Part shown: piece after piece, positions 58,884 to 64,000 of the stretch | How the letters are laid out: each line of letters begins with the position of its first letter | How positions within the stretch are numbered: position 1 is the first letter of the stretch | Assembly (NCBI GenBank): GCA_902558835.1 | Contig: CACEFK010000004.1 | Coordinates: 13,041 to 77,040, forward strand | Length of the DNA stretch: 64,000 bases | Source: an uncultured Pelagibacteraceae bacterium | GTDB taxonomy: Bacteria; Pseudomonadota; Alphaproteobacteria; Pelagibacterales; Pelagibacteraceae | Direction of reading: 5' to 3' | Program-made: the position numbers and the translations under genes | Notes under the pieces: generated by a model | What the model was told of the DNA's origin: nothing | What the model saw: the letters and a program-made list of their open reading frames with translations, nothing else | Databases searched by the model: none

Positions 58884-59867
58884 TTAATTTTTCAAAAGTT
58901 TGTCGCTACTGCTCATAAAATAACTTGTAAATTGAATTAACATTGAGACGGCAAATACAGCTAAATATATAGCCATCAAATAAAGTAAATATAATCCATT
59001 AGATCCTTGCTGGGTAATTTCAAAAGAAATAACTGGACCATTAATAATGCTTGCTTTTCCTCCCATACCCAAAAATAAAACTATGAGACATAAAGGTATA
59101 CCTAAAATCAATGATCCTATTGAATTAGTCCATGCTTTTTTACGTTCACTAAAACCTGTATATAAAACATCAACCCTAACATGTCCCTCATGAATTAAAG
59201 CATATGCACTAGCAAAAAGATAAAGAGCAGAATACCAAAATCGAACTAGATCTCCTTGAAATGCTTGTTCATACTCAAAAATAAATCTTGATAAAACTAT
59301 AAAAAATTCACTTCCTACAACAAGTACTGCTAACCAAATAAAACCTACAGATCTAGTAAAATATCCAACTACAAATGAAAGTAAGATTAATGGAAAATGA
59401 ACAAATGTAATCCTAAAAGCTGGAACTACTAATTTAATTTTTAAATATTCCCCTAATAATGGTTCAACTAATTTTTCAACAACTAAAAATGAGATTAATA
59501 AATCTGCAATTCCAACAATTAAAACTGCCCAAAAAGATGAACGAATTATATATGCAGTAAATTTATTTAAAATTTCTGAATCTGCTGTCAATGTTTGTTT
59601 TATTGATCTGTTTACATAGAAAATTGAAAATAATATTGAGGCTAAATAAAAGAACAGTTGTAAATATGCAAAAGTTAAAACTGTGTCTTCCAATGGTTTA
59701 CTTAATTTTTTAAATCCAAACAAACCATAATGAGAAAATAAACTTTTTACACCAGGCCATTCAAACCAAACTGTTAAAACGTTATTAAATAAAAAAACAA
59801 AAGTAGTAGCTAATATTGAGTAGCTAAATATTCTAATTATTATAGATAAATTGTTTTTTAAATACAT
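58884..59867 (-). CDS. dctQ: TRAP small permease (DctQ) with extra N-terminal TM segments
   Basis: AYALIHEGHVRVDVLY DctQ motif in the C-terminal half; located between dctP and dctM. Confidence 0.85.
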   Translation of the reverse strand: MYLKNNLSIIIRIFSYSILATTFVFLFNNVLTVWFEWPGVKSLFSHYGLFGFKKLSKPLEDTVLTFAYLQLFFYLASILFSIFYVNRSIKQTLTADSEILNKFTAYIIRSSFWAVLIVGIADLLISFLVVEKLVEPLLGEYLKIKLVVPAFRITFVHFPLILLSFVVGYFTRSVGFIWLAVLVVGSEFFIVLSRFIFEYEQAFQGDLVRFWYSALYLFASAYALIHEGHVRVDVLYTGFSERKKAWTNSIGSLILGIPLCLIVLFLGMGGKASIINGPVISFEITQQGSNGLYLLYLMAIYLAVFAVSMLIQFTSYFMSSSDKLLKN

Positions 59868-59891
59868 AACTTAAATGAGTTTTTAATTTAT

Positions 59892-59916
59892 TAAAAAGGG
59901 CCCTAAAAAGGGCCCT
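59892..59916 (-). terminator. Stem-loop after dctP (terminator or mRNA stabiliser)
   Basis: Minus strand AGGGCCCT-TTTT-AGGGCCCT followed by TTTT. Confidence 0.75.
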
Positions 59917-59943
59917 AATTTTTAATTAATTATAAATCTAACT

Positions 59944-61080
59944 TTAGCTAATTCCTAAAGCTCTATTTCTTTGACTGATGTATGGAGAGTCTGACAAGTT
60001 AGTCCAAGCACCAATTTCTTTTCTTGCTTTAATGAATGCTTTATGCACTCTTGCAGCAAGCTCACTGTGTTGTTGAACTTCGTCATACACTTCTTCCGCA
60101 CCTTTAGCAAAAGCGTCATAAACTTTGTCATTAAACTTCTCAAGTTTAACACCATTTTCATTTACTAGTCTTGCTAATGCAGCACCATTCTTAGCATTGT
60201 ACTCAGCCATTGTAATTTCATCTGCCCATGCACAAGCGGTTTTAATTATTGTTTGGTCTGATTTAGTTAAACTTGTAAACCAAGATTTATTGACACCACA
60301 TGCTAACATTGAACCGGGTTCATGCATACCAGGGTAGTAATAGTACTTCGCTGCTTCATGGAACTTCATAGCTTCATCATTCCATGGACCTACCCATTCA
60401 GTTGCATCAATTGCACCTGAAACAAGGTTTTCGTAAATTTGTCCACCAGGAAGTGAGATTGGGGAACCACCTAGTTTTCCTAGAACTTGTCCACCTAATC
60501 CTGGCATACGCATTTTTAAACCTTTAAGGTCATTAGCTGATCTAATTTTTTTATTAAACCAACCACCCATTTGTACTCCAGTATTTCCAGCTATGAAACT
60601 TTGAGTACCAAAATCATCAGTTAACTCATCCCAAAGTTCTTGCCCACCACCATGGTGTATCCACGCATTAATTTCAGAATACGTGAAACCAAAAGGACAA
60701 GCAGTAAAGTATCCAAAAGCTGGGTGTTTTTTAACCCAATAATAATCTGCACCATGATACATTTGTGAATTACCAGAAGCAACTTCATCAAATGAGTCAA
60801 ATGCTTTAACTCGCTCGTTTGCAGCATAATAAGTAACTTGGATTCTACCATCACTCATATCAGCTATTCTTTTTGCAAGTCTTTGTGCACCAGTACCTAG
60901 GCCTGGAAAATCTCTCGGCCAAGTAGCTACCATTGCTGCTTCCACTCTTTCTGCAGCAACAGCTGGAGCAGCTAAAGATGATGCAGCTACAGCAGCAACT
61001 CCAGTTGCAGCAGCAGTTTTAAAGAACTTACGTCTTGAAGGCGACTTAGAAGCCTTCAATGATTTTTTTTCTTTAATCAT
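59944..61080 (-). CDS. dctP: TRAP substrate-binding protein (DctP, TakP/SmoM-like) with a Tat signal
   Basis: SRRKFFK twin-arginine signal; GNTGVQMGGWF, LKGLKMRMPG, IDATEWVGP and YYYPGMHEP; strong GAGGAG Shine-Dalgarno. Confidence 0.92.
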   Translation of the reverse strand: MIKEKKSLKASKSPSRRKFFKTAAATGVAAVAASSLAAPAVAAERVEAAMVATWPRDFPGLGTGAQRLAKRIADMSDGRIQVTYYAANERVKAFDSFDEVASGNSQMYHGADYYWVKKHPAFGYFTACPFGFTYSEINAWIHHGGGQELWDELTDDFGTQSFIAGNTGVQMGGWFNKKIRSANDLKGLKMRMPGLGGQVLGKLGGSPISLPGGQIYENLVSGAIDATEWVGPWNDEAMKFHEAAKYYYYPGMHEPGSMLACGVNKSWFTSLTKSDQTIIKTACAWADEITMAEYNAKNGAALARLVNENGVKLEKFNDKVYDAFAKGAEEVYDEVQQHSELAARVHKAFIKARKEIGAWTNLSDSPYISQRNRALGIS

Positions 61081-61207
61081 TAGTATCTCCTCTTATTTGT
61101 TAATTAACTGTACAGAGTAAATTACAAATGTGTGTTTAAGTCTAGATTAAAATAACTGTAAACTATTGTATTACAATCTGAGGTAGTAAATTTTAGATTA
61201 TATAAAA

Positions 61208-61384
61208 TTATTTTTTATCAAAAAATGCTTCATAGACCATCATGAAGATTGCGATTGCCATCAATATATAAACTGGCAATACATCAAAAAAACCTATCAT
61301 TGTTGATCTTGTAAGTGTCGTAGCTAAGCCAACTAAAAAAGCTGTTGCAAGCAAAGTTCCTAAAAATGTTGTAAATTTTTGCAT
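61208..61384 (-). CDS. 58-aa small membrane protein (not in the ORF track)
   Basis: MQKFTTFLGTLLATAFLVGLATTLTRSTMIGFFDVLPVYILMAIAIFMMVYEAFFDKK. The ATG directly follows the amidase TAA; two hydrophobic helices. Confidence 0.75.
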   Translation of the reverse strand: MQKFTTFLGTLLATAFLVGLATTLTRSTMIGFFDVLPVYILMAIAIFMMVYEAFFDKK

Positions 61385-62713
61385 TTAATTATTACATTCC
61401 TTTTCTAACCAATTAGCAATACCTAAAAATCTATGATCATCGTACCTAGCACCAGTTAATTGGACTCCTAGAGGCATATTTGCATCACCTTGTAACAATG
61501 GAAGTGATATACATGGAGTTCCAAGATAAGACCAAACTTTATTAAATTCTGCAGAACCAGTTGTTTTTAAACTTTTGGGAGCAACACCAGGACTAGCAGG
61601 TGATAAAACTCCATGATAATCTTCAAATACTTCTTCATAAGACTCGTAACTTCTTTTCATGAAATCCAGGGCCTCAGCATACTCTTTTGCTGAATGTTTA
61701 TTACCTTTAACAATTGCATCTTGCATTGGCTTAGATAATTTTTTTTTATACTTTTTATAATATAATCCAAAATTATTTGCTAAATCAGTTTCATACATAA
61801 TTTGATGATATCTATGAATATCTTTAAAATAAGAAGGGTTATCAAAAACCTCAATATTTTTTTTAAAAGATTTTATAAAATATTCAAAAGCTTCTCTGGA
61901 TTTTTTTTCAATATTTTTCCAATAATCTGTTTTATAAAAAATAAATTTAGGTTCAAACAAGGGACCTTTTTTTGTTTCCGCAAGCATATTCTCAGCTGAA
62001 TAATGAACAGTTGCAGGGTCAAAATTATCTTTTTTAATTAAGACTTTTGAAAGTAACGCAACGTCTTCTACTGATCTTCCAAATACACCTATGTGATCTA
62101 ATTTTTCTGAAGTTTTAAGTACACCATTTCTTGAAATTAACCCGTATGTTGGTTTGTAACCTACAACTCCACAATATGATGCTGGTCTTATTATTGAACC
62201 ACCTGTTTGTGAACCTATTGATAAAGGCGCCATAAACGAAGCAACAGCAGCTGCAGATCCACTTGAAGAACCACCTGGAGTTCTAGAATGATCGTGTGGA
62301 TTAGTTGTTTTGGGAGGGCCAAGATATGCTAATTCAGCTGTAGCTGTTTTGCCCATTACAATTGCACCAGCTGCTAATAATAAATCAACAATTTCTGCAT
62401 TTTGTGAATAAGATTTTCCCTTTCTAATTACAGTTCCACATTCGGTTGGCATATCAAGAGTTCCAACAATGTCTTTTACAGCTACAGGGACACCATGCAA
62501 TGGTCCCAAAGGTTTACCTGACCTTCTATATTCGTCAGATTCTACTGCTTTTTCTAGTAGAAGTTTTTTATCAAAATGTGCCCAAGCCTTTACATCTTTT
62601 TCAAATTTATTAATTCTTTCTATATACTTTTCACATATTTCTACTGAAGTTAATTGAGAGTCTTTTATTTTTAAAGCGAGCTCTTCGGCTTTAAGAGAAA
62701 AAATATCTATCAT
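61385..62713 (-). CDS. Amidase signature family enzyme
   Basis: GVPVAVKD, PGGSSSGSAAAVA and GSQTGGSIIRPASYCG (Ser-cisSer-Lys triad). Confidence 0.92.
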   Translation of the reverse strand: MIDIFSLKAEELALKIKDSQLTSVEICEKYIERINKFEKDVKAWAHFDKKLLLEKAVESDEYRRSGKPLGPLHGVPVAVKDIVGTLDMPTECGTVIRKGKSYSQNAEIVDLLLAAGAIVMGKTATAELAYLGPPKTTNPHDHSRTPGGSSSGSAAAVASFMAPLSIGSQTGGSIIRPASYCGVVGYKPTYGLISRNGVLKTSEKLDHIGVFGRSVEDVALLSKVLIKKDNFDPATVHYSAENMLAETKKGPLFEPKFIFYKTDYWKNIEKKSREAFEYFIKSFKKNIEVFDNPSYFKDIHRYHQIMYETDLANNFGLYYKKYKKKLSKPMQDAIVKGNKHSAKEYAEALDFMKRSYESYEEVFEDYHGVLSPASPGVAPKSLKTTGSAEFNKVWSYLGTPCISLPLLQGDANMPLGVQLTGARYDDHRFLGIANWLEKECNN

Positions 62714-62718
62714 TTCTT

Positions 62719-63999
62719 TTAATTAGCAAATAAAGTTTCTGGTAACCATAAAGCAATTGCAGGAAACATATACATTAAAAACATAGCGAAAATCACAATT
62801 GCTAAAAACGGCATAATTCCTCTAAAAATATCCATTAATTCAACGTTAGTTTTTTGAACTCCTTTTAAATAATAAGCCGACATTGCCATTGGCGGCGTTA
62901 AAAAAGAAGTTTGCAAATTTAAAGCTATTAACATTGCAAAAAAATATGGGTTAACTCCAAAAATTTCTAATAGTGGTAAAAAAATTGGAACAAAAATAAT
63001 TAAAATTTCAGTCCACTCTAATGGCCATCCTAAAAGGAAAATTATAATTTGTGTAATTACTAGAAATTGCCAAGTTGAAATATTTATAGAAGTAAAAAAA
63101 TGTTCAAAAACTTCATGTCCACCTAGGTAAGAAAATACTGAAGAAAAAGTCCAAGATCCAATAAATAACCACATAATCATAGCTGTTGTTTTGGCAGTTA
63201 AAAAAACAGACTCTTTAAAGTTTTGCCATTTAAGGGTTTTATAGAACCAAGATAAAATCAATGCTCCAAAGGCTCCTGCTGCCGCAGCCTCTGCTGGTGT
63301 TGCTATTCCAGCTAAAATTGTTCCAAGCACTAACATAATTAATCCAAAAAGAGGTACAAAAGAAACTAGTACCTCTTTTAAAATTTCTGCACGAGGTGGA
63401 ATATCTTCTTTTGGAGGTCTAGGTGCGATGGATGGATTCATCCATGCTCTTATAACCGCATAGCCAATGTACAATCCTGCCAAAAGTAAACCTGGAAAGA
63501 TAGCGGCTGCAAAAAGTCTTAGAGGTGATAATTGAGCAATAACTGAGTAAACAATCAACATAATGCTTGGTGGTATTAAAATACCCAAACATCCTCCAGA
63601 ACATATTATTCCTGATGCAAATTTTTTATCGTAACCAGCTTTTACCATTGCTGGCCAAGCTAATAATCCCATCAAGGTCACTACTGCACCAATAATTCCT
63701 GTTGCTGTAGAGAACAGCGTACAAGTAATTAATGCAGCAACAGCCATAGATGCTGGAAGTCTATGTGCAGCTAATCTTATAGCAAAAAATAATTTTGCAA
63801 CAATTCCCGCTCTCTCAACTAAATAACCCATGAACAAAAATAAAGGTACAGCTGTCAGAACATTATTATCCATAACAGTATAAGTGTTTTGAACAAATAA
63901 TTGAAAAATTCTATTATCAAAAATGTGTTCCATCATGGTCGCGTCGTAGTAAGCGTAATAACCAAACGCAATACCCATCGCCATTAATGTAAATGCAAT
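62719..63999 (-). CDS. dctM: Second TRAP large permease (DctM), 5' end outside window
   Basis: AVPLFLFMG, GCLGILIPPS and QTSFLTPP. The frame stays open to the window edge. Confidence 0.9.
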   Translation of the reverse strand: MAFTLMAMGIAFGYYAYYDATMMEHIFDNRIFQLFVQNTYTVMDNNVLTAVPLFLFMGYLVERAGIVAKLFFAIRLAAHRLPASMAVAALITCTLFSTATGIIGAVVTLMGLLAWPAMVKAGYDKKFASGIICSGGCLGILIPPSIMLIVYSVIAQLSPLRLFAAAIFPGLLLAGLYIGYAVIRAWMNPSIAPRPPKEDIPPRAEILKEVLVSFVPLFGLIMLVLGTILAGIATPAEAAAAGAFGALILSWFYKTLKWQNFKESVFLTAKTTAMIMWLFIGSWTFSSVFSYLGGHEVFEHFFTSINISTWQFLVITQIIIFLLGWPLEWTEILIIFVPIFLPLLEIFGVNPYFFAMLIALNLQTSFLTPPMAMSAYYLKGVQKTNVELMDIFRGIMPFLAIVIFAMFLMYMFPAIALWLPETLFAN

Positions 64000-64000
64000 T

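Noticed and set aside
61385-62713. GatA of the tRNA amidotransferase
   Set aside because: No gatC or gatB is adjacent, and the protein is shorter and transporter-linked. Only the family signature is shared.

Overview
A very AT-rich, gene-dense core-genome segment of a streamlined marine alphaproteobacterium. Gene content and order (class I LysRS, SAM-II-metX, dmdA/B/C, ffh leader RNA, tiny intergenic gaps) point to SAR11/Pelagibacterales; this is an inference, not a search result. In order it holds: speB (partial), a queuosine-precursor transporter, rpmB, pyrD, lysS, trkH, ampG, an NlpC/P60 peptidase, tyrC, hisC, a SAM-II riboswitch with metX-metW, gloB, rplU-rpmA-obgE-proBA-nadD-rsfS-ctpA-rppH. 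A ~33 kb minus-strand run follows (ffh-rpsP-trmD-rplS-leuCDB-dmdC-dmdB-hydrolase-dmdA-asd-sdhCDAB-mmsA-mdh-sucCDAB-lpdA-priA-atpHAGDC). Then come dapF-ftsY, several poorly characterised genes and two TRAP transporter loci. I saw no tRNA, rRNA, CRISPR array or mobile element. The most notable observations are: (1) both canonical heme-b histidine ligands of the SdhC/SdhD anchor are replaced, suggesting a heme-free complex II; (2) a TRAP system with a giant DctM carrying a ~330-aa helical C-terminal domain and an extended DctQ; (3) a SAM-II riboswitch with no Shine-Dalgarno in its pseudoknot but with a U8 tract and a downstream near-antisense copy of the aptamer; (4) an uncharacterised alpha/beta hydrolase inside the DMSP demethylation cluster; (5) a 58-aa membrane protein missed by the ORF track.
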